Shown: one piece after another, positions 49,788 to 59,330 of the stretch
Layout: each line of letters starts with the position of its first letter
Numbering within the stretch: position 1 is the first letter of the stretch
Assembly: GCA_965242695.1 (NCBI GenBank)
Contig: CBDESU010000002.1
Span: 1,024,001 to 1,088,000 of the forward strand
Source of the DNA: Cenarchaeum sp.
GTDB taxonomy: Archaea > Thermoproteota > Nitrososphaeria > Nitrososphaerales > Nitrosopumilaceae
Direction of reading: 5' to 3'
DNA length: 64,000 nucleotides
Notes under the pieces: model-generated
What the model saw: only the letters and a program-made list of their open reading frames with translations
Told to the model about the DNA's origin: nothing
Databases searched by the model: none
Made by a program: the position numbers and the translations under genes

Positions 49788-50750
49788 TTAACCTTCCCTG
49801 CCGCCGCTGCCGCCGCTACCGCCGCTCAGCCACCTCCCGCCGGCCCCGTCCCGCTCGGCCTTGAAGAGGAACTGCTGCGCGTAGCCCGCGTACGGCCCAA
49901 AGTGCCCGACGATCTCGCCGTGCAGCCGCTCGTACCTGCGCGGCGTGAGCGACGCGCCGCCGGCCGAGAACGCGCCGGGGTAGCGCCGCTCAAGCGCCCT
50001 CGTCGTCCACCTGTCTATGGGGAACGCCTCTAGCTTGTCGAGCGAGAACAGCAGGACGCAGTCGGCGACCTTGCGGCCCACGCCGGGCAGCGCGAGCAGC
50101 GCATCCATGGCCTCGCCGTATCCCGCGCGCCTCCTGAGCCTGCCCAGGTCGAGCCGCCCGGACGCGACGGCCTCGGCGGCCGCCCTGACGTACCCCGCCC
50201 TGTACCCGAGCGAGCATGCGGCCAGGCCCGCATCGCCGGCGCCGGCGAGCGCCTCGGGCGTCGGGAACAGCCGGCATGCGGCCCCGCCGAACCGGACATC
50301 GCGCCCGTACCGCGCGCACATCTTGCGCAGGCTAGACCGTATGTTGGCTATCGACGAGTTTGACGAGGCGACGAACGAGATCAGGCACTGGAAGGGATCC
50401 TGCCTGAGCAGCCTCAGGCCGGGGTACCGCCCGACGGCGGCGCGCACCGTGCCGTCCTCGCAGATGCTGCCGAGTATGCGCCGCATGTCGTCGCCGGAGC
50501 GCAGCAGGCTCGCCGCCCGCCCGCGCACCGACGACGATGCCGATGCCGCACGGCCTCCCGCGCCGCACCGCAGGCGCACGACGGCCTGCCCGTCGATGCC
50601 CGTCCACCTGCACGCCTCCCCCGGCCGCGCGCCCTCTTCGCGCTCCCACAGGAACACCTGGCCGCTGTTGACGGTGTCGTCGACGCTGATCGGGGCAACG
50701 CCGATGCCCGGCGCGCCGGAGCGGCGCGCCACCCCGGCCGCCATCTTCAC
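49788..50750 (-). CDS. 8-oxoguanine DNA glycosylase (OGG1-like HhH-GPD)
   Basis: SGQVFLW, LRQDPFQCLISF, LGYRA, LPGVGRKVADC, FPID, AGYAQQFLF. Confidence 0.87.
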   Translation of the reverse strand: MKMAAGVARRSGAPGIGVAPISVDDTVNSGQVFLWEREEGARPGEACRWTGIDGQAVVRLRCGAGGRAASASSSVRGRAASLLRSGDDMRRILGSICEDGTVRAAVGRYPGLRLLRQDPFQCLISFVASSNSSIANIRSSLRKMCARYGRDVRFGGAACRLFPTPEALAGAGDAGLAACSLGYRAGYVRAAAEAVASGRLDLGRLRRRAGYGEAMDALLALPGVGRKVADCVLLFSLDKLEAFPIDRWTTRALERRYPGAFSAGGASLTPRRYERLHGEIVGHFGPYAGYAQQFLFKAERDGAGGRWLSGGSGGSGGREG

Positions 50751-52012
50751 ACGGCGGCTATCTCGCCGGCCTGCGGCGCGTGGGCATCAAACCCAAACCT
50801 CTCGTGAATCTCCTCGGCGAACCTCACGCACGAGTCCCTGTCGCCGTGCACGGTGAGCACCTTTGGGTCGCCCTTTATGCGCCCGATCATGTCGAACAGC
50901 TCGGTCCTGTCCGAGTGGCCCGAGAACTGGAACTGCCTCACCTCGGCGGCGACCTTTAGGTCCTTGCCGCGAGTCGAGACCTTGCCGGTGTCGAGGAGCT
51001 TGCGCCCCGGCGTGCCCTCCCCCTGGTACGACACGAGCGCTATTCCGTTCTTCGGCTCGAACGCGAGCTGCTGCAAATAGTACACGGCGTTGCCGCCGAC
51101 GAGCATGCCGGCCGGCGATATGACGACGCACTGCTCCTCGAGGGCCCTCCTCCTCTCGCCGTCGCCGCGGACGGCGACCGCGTGGTGTATCGCGTCGGCG
51201 AACACCTGGGGATCCCTGAGGTACTCGGGGTGCTTCATCATAATGTCGTTGACCTTTAGCGCCATGCCGTCCATGATGACCCTGTGCTTGAAGTTGGCGT
51301 TGCGCAGGACGCACGCGATCTCCTGCGATCTTTCGACCGAGAACGACGGGACGAACAGCGTCCCCTTCCTGTCCATGACCTCGTTGGCGTAGTCGACGAG
51401 GGCCCTCTCGGACTCTACCCGCGGCGTCTGCTCGGTCTGCGAGTACGTGCTCTCCGTGACCAGCATGTCGATCTCGCCGATGTCCAGGTCGGCCTCGCGC
51501 AGCATCCTCGACCCCCTCACGTGTATGTCGCCCGTGTAGAACAGCTTCTTGCCGCCGGACTCGACGAGGATGGTGCTGCCGCCGAGCACGTGGCCCGACT
51601 CCCTCAGCTCAAAGCTCGCCCCGTTGCGGGCCACCTTTTCCCTGTACCCGACCCTGCGGGCGTTGCGCATCATGTTGCCGACCTCGGGCGCGCCGAACGG
51701 GTGGCCGCCCCTCTCCAGCTTTAGCATGTCGTCGATGAGCAGCTTGCTCAGGTCCATCGTAGGCGCCGTGGCGTACACGTCCGTGTTGCCGCTCACGAAC
51801 AGCGACGGGACGGCCCCAGAGTGGTCCAGGTGCGCGTGGGTGATGACGATCGCATCGACGTCCTTTGGCTTTACGTGGCCGGGGTAGCCCGGCGGCTCGC
51901 CCCTCCTCTTGAGCATGACGCCGTAGTCTAGGAGCAGGTTGGTGCCGTTGCAGTTGACCAGGAACCCTGACCGGCCCACCTCGTGGGCCGCGCCGAGCAC
52001 CTTTACGTTCAC
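50747..52012 (-). CDS. Metallo-beta-lactamase/beta-CASP ribonuclease (aCPSF2-like)
   Basis: EVGRS, HAHLDH, GHVLG, YTGD, ESTY, FSGHSD; GTG start chosen from the TATA position. Confidence 0.88.
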   Translation of the reverse strand: MNVKVLGAAHEVGRSGFLVNCNGTNLLLDYGVMLKRRGEPPGYPGHVKPKDVDAIVITHAHLDHSGAVPSLFVSGNTDVYATAPTMDLSKLLIDDMLKLERGGHPFGAPEVGNMMRNARRVGYREKVARNGASFELRESGHVLGGSTILVESGGKKLFYTGDIHVRGSRMLREADLDIGEIDMLVTESTYSQTEQTPRVESERALVDYANEVMDRKGTLFVPSFSVERSQEIACVLRNANFKHRVIMDGMALKVNDIMMKHPEYLRDPQVFADAIHHAVAVRGDGERRRALEEQCVVISPAGMLVGGNAVYYLQQLAFEPKNGIALVSYQGEGTPGRKLLDTGKVSTRGKDLKVAAEVRQFQFSGHSDRTELFDMIGRIKGDPKVLTVHGDRDSCVRFAEEIHERFGFDAHAPQAGEIAAV

Positions 52013-52119
52013 GGGCCGCCGGCCTTGGCCCCCTTTAAAAGCCATTGGCGCGCCGGCCCATTCCTCGGTGTGGAAAAACGGCACAACCTTTAATTATCAA
52101 TACAGGCCCGCCGCCGGAC

Positions 52120-52332
52120 ATGGGCAGAAGCTATCAAGAGTGGCTCAACGCGCAGGATCAGTCCTTGGTATCCAAGGTGCGGGCCGGCGACGAGGCCAAC
52201 AAGCCGCTCCTGAACCAGATTAACTGGATATGGGTCGCCAACCTCATGGCCAAGAAGGCCGACCTGAACCCCACCTCCGCCGAGCTCCTTGACTGGGTCA
52301 CGTCGGGGCAGATCGACGCGATGAGGAAGTAG
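52120..52332 (+). CDS. Small hypothetical protein (70 aa)
   Basis: tttaattat upstream, T-rich terminator downstream, strong host codon bias. Confidence 0.75.
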   Translation: MGRSYQEWLNAQDQSLVSKVRAGDEANKPLLNQINWIWVANLMAKKADLNPTSAELLDWVTSGQIDAMRK

Positions 52333-52706
52333 CACACGGCTGCTCCTCTTTCTTTGTTTTTTCCAGGCGCGGGGGGCCCTGCGTTGCCGTCCGAGCGCAG
52401 GCGGGGCGGGCAGGGCGCCGTACGCGCCCCTCCCAGGACGCCAGAGGGCCAGCAGGCGGCCTCGTACGGGGGCTGCCGGCCCCGGCAGGCGCGGCGCGAG
52501 CATGGCTAGGATAGGGCGCGCGGCCTGCCTCCAGGGGCTGGCGGCAGGGGCAGGGCGAGGCGGGGCAGCCCCCGCCCGCCCGCCCCCCTTCCGCCGCAGC
52601 GGACAGCAGGGGGCATGGGGGACGCGCTAGCGGGCGAGGCGGGGCGGCCCCCGCCAGCCCCGTGCCGCGGCCCTCCGCGCGCCCCCCGCCCGCCCCGCCA
52701 TCCCCG

Positions 52707-54410
52707 TCACCACACGATCTCATTGATCCGGTCGGCGAGCTCGGCCTTGTCCGAGTGCCTCTTGCACAGCATCTCGGCAAGCCCCTGCGCCCTTTCGCCG
52801 GCCCCGCCGGCCGGAACCTCGGCCATGCACTGCAGGTGCAGCGCGATCCTCCTGCAGGCCAGGCCACTGCGCGCAGCCGCCGCCGCCTTTTCGATGCTGT
52901 ACTGGTACGCCAAGAGGTACGACTTTGGGAACCTGCCGCCGAGGGCCTCGCGGTAGCGGTCGAGAAGCTCGGCATCGCCGAGCCCAGCGAGCGCCTTGAG
53001 GGCCCTCTTGTGCATGCCCTCGCCCACGAGCAGGTCTAGCAGGTGCTCGGGATGCCTCTTGTCCTTTTCCATCTCGGCGATCAGCCTGCCGCGCGCCGCC
53101 GGCCAGTCGTCCGACTCTTTCTTGAGCAGGTCGAGGCGGGCCTGTCCGTGCGACCCGAGGTACAGCCGCTCGAGCAGGGCGCACCGCGCCGCCGTGTCCT
53201 CCCGCCCGATCGCCGCAAGGGCCGCATCGGCCAGGTCGTCGTTGTCGCCGAACCTGCCGATTCCGTCCGTGGCCACCTTTAGGGCCCGGCCGCCCTGCCC
53301 CTCCCGCAAGAGGTGGCCGGCGTACGCCGCGTACGTCTCGGGCCCCGCCGCCCCGTGACCCGCAAGCATCTTTTCGGCCGCGCCGGCATCGCCGAGCCCG
53401 TCCATGGCGGCGACCTTGACGGCAAGCATCAGCCGCCCCATCTCCAGCTCGAGCCTCTTGGCCCTGCTCAGGTTCCCGCCCTTTAGCTTTACGAGGCCCC
53501 TTTTCCCCGCGCCGCCGGCGCGCCCGCCCTTTGGCACATGGGGCTCGACGGCGGACAAGAGGTGTCGCAGGCCATCGCCGGGCGCGCATGCGGCCCACAG
53601 GGCCGCCATGTGGTCGCCCCTGAAGCGCGCGTCGGCCGCCCTGTAGCGGCCGAGCATGTCCCTGATGCGGGCCCTCGCATCCCTGGCCGTGCTTTTCTTG
53701 ATCCTGGCCGTGCACAGACCAGCGCCGGCGATCGACTCGCGGATGGCATCGTCGTACGCGCCGTCCTTCCCCGCGCCGGCCGCCGCCGCATCGGCAATCT
53801 GCCAGTGCACGCGGGCCGCCTCGGCGTAGTCGCCTGCCCTTTCAAACCGCCTTGCCACGGCGGCGAACGGGCCGAGGTCGACTCTTGGTTCGTCGCCTCC
53901 TCTCCGCCCCTTCCGCGCGCTGGACCTTGCCCTGGAGAACAGCGCGGCGATCTTTTTTCGGTGGTCCGTCCCGGCCTCCGCATCCCACATCATTCCGCTG
54001 CCGAACCTCTCGGCAACCGAGCGGTCGCCCTCCATCTCGCCGGCAAGAAAGCGTCTCATGTACTCTGGGGACGACTCGTCGAGCATGGACTTGATCTCGG
54101 CCCGCGCCTCCTCTGCACTGCGGCGCATCTCGGCGCCGTGATCCACCATGTACAGGAGGACCGCCACGACATGCTTGCATGCGCCGCCCCAGTCGTACGG
54201 GCACGTGCAGTGGTACGGGAGGCGGCCGCCCTTGCGCTCCTCCGCCCACACCTGGTAGGTGCGCGTGCCCCTGACCTCGGCGCTCACCCTGTTCCCGTCC
54301 AGGCTCACAGACGAGACGCGCCCGGTCCTGTAGTACGTCCTGCCCCGCCCGTACGACCTCTGGTTGCAGATCTGCCTGACGTCCTCCACCGCCAGGCTGC
54401 CCAGGTCCAT
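52707..54410 (-). CDS. SWIM zinc-finger protein
   Basis: RGRTYY..V.G...Y.V, CTCP..CKHVVAVL; helical C-terminus. Confidence 0.82.
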   Translation of the reverse strand: MDLGSLAVEDVRQICNQRSYGRGRTYYRTGRVSSVSLDGNRVSAEVRGTRTYQVWAEERKGGRLPYHCTCPYDWGGACKHVVAVLLYMVDHGAEMRRSAEEARAEIKSMLDESSPEYMRRFLAGEMEGDRSVAERFGSGMMWDAEAGTDHRKKIAALFSRARSSARKGRRGGDEPRVDLGPFAAVARRFERAGDYAEAARVHWQIADAAAAGAGKDGAYDDAIRESIAGAGLCTARIKKSTARDARARIRDMLGRYRAADARFRGDHMAALWAACAPGDGLRHLLSAVEPHVPKGGRAGGAGKRGLVKLKGGNLSRAKRLELEMGRLMLAVKVAAMDGLGDAGAAEKMLAGHGAAGPETYAAYAGHLLREGQGGRALKVATDGIGRFGDNDDLADAALAAIGREDTAARCALLERLYLGSHGQARLDLLKKESDDWPAARGRLIAEMEKDKRHPEHLLDLLVGEGMHKRALKALAGLGDAELLDRYREALGGRFPKSYLLAYQYSIEKAAAAARSGLACRRIALHLQCMAEVPAGGAGERAQGLAEMLCKRHSDKAELADRINEIVW

Positions 54411-54538
54411 GCCCCGTGCCGCATACATGCCCCTAATTCGCATTGCGACCGCGCCGGCCGCCGGGCATGGGGACCCCTTCCATACCCTGGAGGCGCCAGC
54501 GCCGCCAGACGTGCGCCGGGAAGTTGGGGGGAGGAGGC

Positions 54539-54760
54539 GGGCAGGATGCGATCGCACCGCCCCGCCAGGCCCGGCCGGGACGCCGGGCAGGATGCGATCG
54601 CACCGCCCCGCCAGGCCCGGCCGGGGCAGGAGGAGGGCCGTGAAGGGGCGATCGCTCCGGCTCCCCAAGCGCCCCGATAGGGCGGCAGGGCGGCCTAGGA
54701 CTAGGATCGAAGGGGCGATCGCCCAGGGGCCTGGGCACCCGCCCCAGCGCGGGCGATCGC
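54539..54760. repeat. Cluster of five GCGATCGC palindromes, including a ~41-bp direct repeat
   Basis: GCGATCGC at 54548, 54594, 54648, 54715 and 54753. Confidence 0.85.
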
Positions 54761-54889
54761 CCCCGCGCCCTAGGGTCGGCCTTGACGCCCCCTGCCCCCG
54801 CTATCCACGCCTAGCCCCCACGCCTGACATAACCCTGTTATGAGATCCAATCATGGTTTAAATACCATCTGGGGGCCATGCGGGGTACA

Positions 54890-55192
54890 ATGCCAATCGC
54901 AATACTGCCAGACATCGACGAGCAGAGGTGCATCGGCTGCGCACTGTGCGTCGAGATCTGCACGTCCCTTGGCCCCGACGTACTCCGCGTAAAGCCCGTA
55001 GAGGGCTGGAAGCGCGGCAAGGCGTTCGTGTTCTATCCCGAAAGGTGCATCTCGGACGGCGCATGCATCGGCGTGTGCCCGACCAAGTCCATCTTCTGGA
55101 TGAGGCCCATGACCTACACCGCAGGACAGCCTGTGCCCCTCCACAAGAACGGAGTCTTCGTGAAGGGCTGGGCCGAGGACGCGGCCCTCTAG
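54890..55192 (+). CDS. Dicluster ferredoxin
   Basis: CIGCALCVEIC and CISDGACIGVCP; tttaaata at ~54857. Confidence 0.9.
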   Translation: MPIAILPDIDEQRCIGCALCVEICTSLGPDVLRVKPVEGWKRGKAFVFYPERCISDGACIGVCPTKSIFWMRPMTYTAGQPVPLHKNGVFVKGWAEDAAL

Positions 55193-56766
55193 GGGCGCGC
55201 CCTGTCCTTTTTTATTCCAATCTTGGAGAGGGGGATCCTGCGCACCCCCTCGGTCCGCCTGGCAAAGTGGGCCAGGAACCTGTCCGACGGGTGGTAGTAC
55301 AGCGCCTCGAACCGGTTGCCGGCCATGAACGCCTCCCATGTGGCGGCGAACTCGGGAAAGGCGGCCGGGTCGCGGGGCGCGCCGCTCTCTACGCAGTGGG
55401 CGGCGGGGTACAGGTCGGACAGCTCGGCCGGCACGAGGCCAAGGAACGGGCTGTACTGGCAGAACTGGACGGCGGCCGAGCCGCCGTCGACGCCCGACCT
55501 GTCGGAGTCGAACGCCCGCTCGAGGGCGGCAAGGGCGGCCGAGCCGTACGCCGGCCTGCCGGCCCGGGCAGTCACGCACACGGCCGCCTTGCCCCTGGCC
55601 GAAAAGGCCCTGACGGCCCGGTGGTATGCGGCGACCTCGGGCCTGTACTGGTCTAGCGCATCAAAGAGGAACACGGCCTTTGGCTTGAAGGCCGGCGTCG
55701 TGCCGACCATTGCGGGGCCCCCCTCCCTGGCCAGGACGGCGGCCGCGTCGGCGAGCCGCGGGTGCGCCCTGGCCTTTCGCATTGCATACTCCCACAGGCG
55801 GCCCTCGTGTATGGCCTGCCTCGTGCGGGACACCTCGGACTTGATGGCGTGCAGGTTGTGCACGGCGATCCTGCGGGCCCTCTCGGCCCCGTCGGGCACG
55901 GCGAGCAGCTCGGCCGGCGTGTGGGATGCGCACACGGGGCAGCAGCAAGAGAACTCGGCGATCTCGGAGAGGTGCCGCGTCGCGTCGCCCGAGATGTACC
56001 TGTCCTGCCGGGCGTACAGCATGTACGATGCGGAATCGAACGTGTCGCAGCCTAGCGCGACGGCGAGCGGTATGGTCAGCGGGTGGCCTGCCCCGAACAG
56101 GTGCAGCGGCGCGCCGGCCGGCATGGCCGACCTGGCCGCGAGTATCATGCGAGCCAGGTCGGCGAACCTGTACGCCTCCATGAACTCTACGGGGCTGCCG
56201 AGCGCGAGCAGCCTGTACCCGCACCGCGACAGGGCCCTTGCCGAGCCCGCAACAAGGTCCAGGTGCTCGCCGCCCTGCACGGGGCCTGCCCATATGCGCC
56301 TGCCCGACCTTCTGTCGCCGCGCGATATCGTCCGCCTGGATATCCTCAGCGTGTGGTCGACCGACCTCTTGGCCTCTTTGCGCGGCAGGCCCATGCCGGT
56401 CGGCCTGTCGAGGGGGACCGCCACGTCCGTGCCGATGGCCTCTTCGTACGCCGCCATGGCCTCTGGGTCCACGCCCACGTCGCCGTACTCTAGCACCTGG
56501 TAGCCGCCCGAGTCGGTCATTACGGGACCGTCGTACCCGATTATGCCGTGTATGCCGCGCCTGGCCGCCTCGTCGCCGTGCCTCTTCATCGCTATGTAGG
56601 CGTTGGTGATGACCATGTCGAACCCGACGGCGGCCACCTCGGCCGCCGGTATGCTCTGCTTGACGGGGTGTATGACGGGAACGAACGCGGGCGTGCGCAC
56701 GGCGCCGTGCGCCGTGTGCAGCAGCCCGATGCGGCCGCCTAGGTCGCAACGCACAACCTCGAACAT
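55189..56766 (-). CDS. tgtA: Archaeosine tRNA-guanine(15) transglycosylase
   Basis: TPAFVPV, TDSGGYQ, VQGG, HLFGAGHP, FDSASY, CCCPVC. Confidence 0.92.
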   Translation of the reverse strand: MFEVVRCDLGGRIGLLHTAHGAVRTPAFVPVIHPVKQSIPAAEVAAVGFDMVITNAYIAMKRHGDEAARRGIHGIIGYDGPVMTDSGGYQVLEYGDVGVDPEAMAAYEEAIGTDVAVPLDRPTGMGLPRKEAKRSVDHTLRISRRTISRGDRRSGRRIWAGPVQGGEHLDLVAGSARALSRCGYRLLALGSPVEFMEAYRFADLARMILAARSAMPAGAPLHLFGAGHPLTIPLAVALGCDTFDSASYMLYARQDRYISGDATRHLSEIAEFSCCCPVCASHTPAELLAVPDGAERARRIAVHNLHAIKSEVSRTRQAIHEGRLWEYAMRKARAHPRLADAAAVLAREGGPAMVGTTPAFKPKAVFLFDALDQYRPEVAAYHRAVRAFSARGKAAVCVTARAGRPAYGSAALAALERAFDSDRSGVDGGSAAVQFCQYSPFLGLVPAELSDLYPAAHCVESGAPRDPAAFPEFAATWEAFMAGNRFEALYYHPSDRFLAHFARRTEGVRRIPLSKIGIKKDRARP

Positions 56767-56804
56767 GCCGCACCGGCCGCGGCGCGCCATATTATTCGAG
56801 TGCG

Positions 56805-57392
56805 CTACGGGCCGGGCGGAAAGAACCTTCCCAGGTCGCCGCGCTCGGCGACAAGGGAGAGCCAGTCGACCTGGTCGCCGCGCGGGGCCGGTTCCCTGCC
56901 GTCCCAGCCGAGCGCCGCGGCCGCGGCGCGGGCAGTCTCGGCGGAGCTCCTGCAGGTCGTGTCGATCTGGATTGTTCTCCCGGGGCCGGCAAGCTGCGCC
57001 GCATCGTGGGCGACGACGCCGAGTATCTCGGCGCCGAGGTTGCCGGCTGCCTTGTCCCACCCGTACTTTCTCTCCGCGTACACCCGTTCTAGCTCGTACG
57101 GGCTGCGCCTGAGCACGACCGCGGCGCCGACCCGGCTGGCGGAGAGAACGTACGGGGCAAGGTGCCCGACGACGAGGCACTTTTCGTCAAGGGCGCCGTG
57201 GGAACGCAGGCGCTCGGCGAGCCGGTCGGGATCGACGTCCGACGTGCGCGAGGCCGCGTCGTACTCGCACAGCCCATATTCGGCGGCAAGCGCGTTGAGG
57301 TCCACCAGCCGCAGGCCGAGCCACGCGGCTGCAGCCGCGGCCGCCGTATGCTTGCCGGTGCCGGGGCTTCCGGTGAGGACGGGGATGCGCAT
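56805..57392 (-). CDS. Adenylate kinase, AK6/Fap7 family
   Basis: TGSPGTGK, VVGH, R..RKY..K..N..AEI. Confidence 0.82.
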   Translation of the reverse strand: MRIPVLTGSPGTGKHTAAAAAAAWLGLRLVDLNALAAEYGLCEYDAASRTSDVDPDRLAERLRSHGALDEKCLVVGHLAPYVLSASRVGAAVVLRRSPYELERVYAERKYGWDKAAGNLGAEILGVVAHDAAQLAGPGRTIQIDTTCRSSAETARAAAAALGWDGREPAPRGDQVDWLSLVAERGDLGRFFPPGP

Positions 57393-57574
57393 GCGGCCGC
57401 CTCGCAGCAGGCCTGTTATACGGATTGCCGCCCTCCCTTCCGGCGGTGCGGCGCTAGCATCAGGGTTGCCCGGCCACAATCTGGGCATATCTTGAGGCTG
57501 CGCGCACCGCGGCGGTTACTACGGCGGCGCCCCTGCTAGCGGTCCGGTGAGAGTGTCGCTCGGCCAGATGCACG

Positions 57575-58123
57575 CTAGTCGGCGAACGGCTCATCGTCTG
57601 GGTCAAACTGCACCAGCACAACTCGAGCTATTTCATCCTCGCAGAACAATGCCGTATCTCCCACGCGGATCCTCGACCCGTCGTTCTTGAGGCGCCTTGG
57701 ATCCCCCAAGACTATCTCCCTCCGCGGTTCGTCATCGCCTGACGAATTCTTGATCCAGCCATAGTAGCGCTTCGACGATGTGGTATAGACTACTACGTAC
57801 TTGCCTATGTTGTCCAGCATGAAGCTGAACCATGGAGTGTGCCGGCTCATCCGCGATCTCCATACCCTCTTTAGCACATAACCCGCCACCGCACCGTATG
57901 CCAAGGCGATGCCCGATTGGACGGCGATGAGCACGGGAATGTTGCCTACGCCAACGACGGCGGCGGCTGTGAGATAGCTTGGTATGGTCAATGCCAAGCT
58001 GTAAAAGACAAACTGTACCTGCGACTGCACCTCCTTGTACGATGCAATGTACCGTATGAGGAAAAGCGTGTAAAACCCAGGCAGCGCAAAAAACAAAAAG
58101 GCGGTGGGGGTTAGGTCAGTCAT
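57575..58123 (-). CDS. DUF6338-like membrane protein
   Basis: FALPGF, three TM segments, PW, YYGWI..S..EIVL; lower GC. Confidence 0.65.
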   Translation of the reverse strand: MTDLTPTAFLFFALPGFYTLFLIRYIASYKEVQSQVQFVFYSLALTIPSYLTAAAVVGVGNIPVLIAVQSGIALAYGAVAGYVLKRVWRSRMSRHTPWFSFMLDNIGKYVVVYTTSSKRYYGWIKNSSGDDEPRREIVLGDPRRLKNDGSRIRVGDTALFCEDEIARVVLVQFDPDDEPFAD

Positions 58124-58223
58124 CTTCGATCGGTATTATCGGCTTTCCCTTGGTTGGAACCGGTTCGGATGCGGAGAGCGAGTGGCCGGTCTCACTCTTC
58201 CATTTTCCACGCGAGGTGCCCAT
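58116..58223 (-). CDS. 35-aa micro-protein, copy 1 (MGTSRGKWKSETGHSLSASEPVPTKGKPIIPIEDD)
   Basis: TTTATATA ~25 bp upstream; end overlaps the start of the DUF6338-like gene; paralog at 58813. Confidence 0.7.
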   Translation of the reverse strand: MGTSRGKWKSETGHSLSASEPVPTKGKPIIPIEDD

Positions 58224-58334
58224 TGCAGGGCGCCGCCCCCGCACCCTATATAAACCCCGCCTTGTAGCGCACTGCCCGATGCCCGTGCAGCCCCGCCTAA
58301 TTTTATATGCCATCGATTTGGCCCCACTGCCACG

Positions 58335-58538
58335 ATGAGGTGTGTCAAGCCGCTAAGCGACCGCCAGTGGAAGATGGTCGTGGATCAGCTGAAGAAGGGA
58401 CCCACGCCGGAGATGATCCGGACGGTAGAGTATGCCAAAGAGCACGTCAAGTACATAAAAGAGGTGGACTATAACGAGCACATGGCCAAGTACCGCAAGA
58501 GAGAAGCCAAACAGGGTAGCCGTTCCAGCACGCCTTGA
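58335..58538 (+). CDS. Small basic hypothetical protein (67 aa)
   Basis: TTTTATAT at ~58301; clean ORF. Confidence 0.6.
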   Translation: MRCVKPLSDRQWKMVVDQLKKGPTPEMIRTVEYAKEHVKYIKEVDYNEHMAKYRKREAKQGSRSSTP

Positions 58539-58812
58539 GCCTGTGCTAGGCCTTGGTGTGCGGGCTCAACAAACGCTGTAGGGATGTTGCAGCGCTACCA
58601 GCTGGGGCGTGAATTGGATGCGGATGTGATGGATAATGTGGTTGTAGCGGATGCATCTCGGCAACCATAGGATACGTGGCCCGAGCGTGACGACTCTCGT
58701 CAAAACCCGCGCCCGGCGCAAGTTTGCTTGACTTTTGGGCAAAAATGTGCTTGGTGGACCTACTAAGAGAGATGGCCGCGTCAAAACGCATGTCACATGC
58801 GGCGTTGGAGGG

Positions 58813-58920
58813 TCAGTCGTCTTCAATCGGTATTATTGGCTTTCCTTTGGTTGGGACAGGCTCTGAGGCATAGATGGCCTCGCCGATCCTCACTTTTGGC
58901 TCTTTGTTTTTGCCACTCAT
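58813..58920 (-). CDS. 35-aa micro-protein, copy 2 (MSGKNKEPKVRIGEAIYASEPVPTKGKPIIPIEDD), absent from the ORF track
   Basis: Hand translation; last 18 aa identical to copy 1 with different codons; GTTATAT upstream. Confidence 0.7.
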   Translation of the reverse strand: MSGKNKEPKVRIGEAIYASEPVPTKGKPIIPIEDD

Positions 58921-59330
58921 TAAGCCCCGCCGAATCCCCCTCCAATATAACTTTATTGCCCTAAAGCCCCGCTGTGTAGGCGCGCGCCTAGTTGCCGGTC
59001 TAGGCGTGAGTCCGCAGGCGGATGAGGCCGCCTTGCAGTGACAGGCGGGGGGCAGTGCCGCCGTGCCGTGGCAGGTCCATGTTGAGGGCCCGCCATGGCC
59101 GTGATGCCTTGGTCAGCAGACAACAGGCGCGGCACGGCCCCGGGGCTTGGCATGCTCGCCGTGGCGTCGTGCGCCGCTGTGTCGAGCAGGGGCGATCGCC
59201 TGCGTGCAGGGGGGATGGGCGCCAGGACTGCCAGCCGCCGAAGCAATGGGCAACGGGACTAGGCGGGACTTGAGCGCGCATCCGGCATGCCGCCGCCAAT
59301 CGTTTTAACCGTCCTCCCAGCCGGCCGCCC

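Noticed and set aside
55045-55080. Asp replacing Cys in the second ferredoxin motif
   Set aside because: CxxDxxC is a known archaeal ferredoxin variant, not novel.
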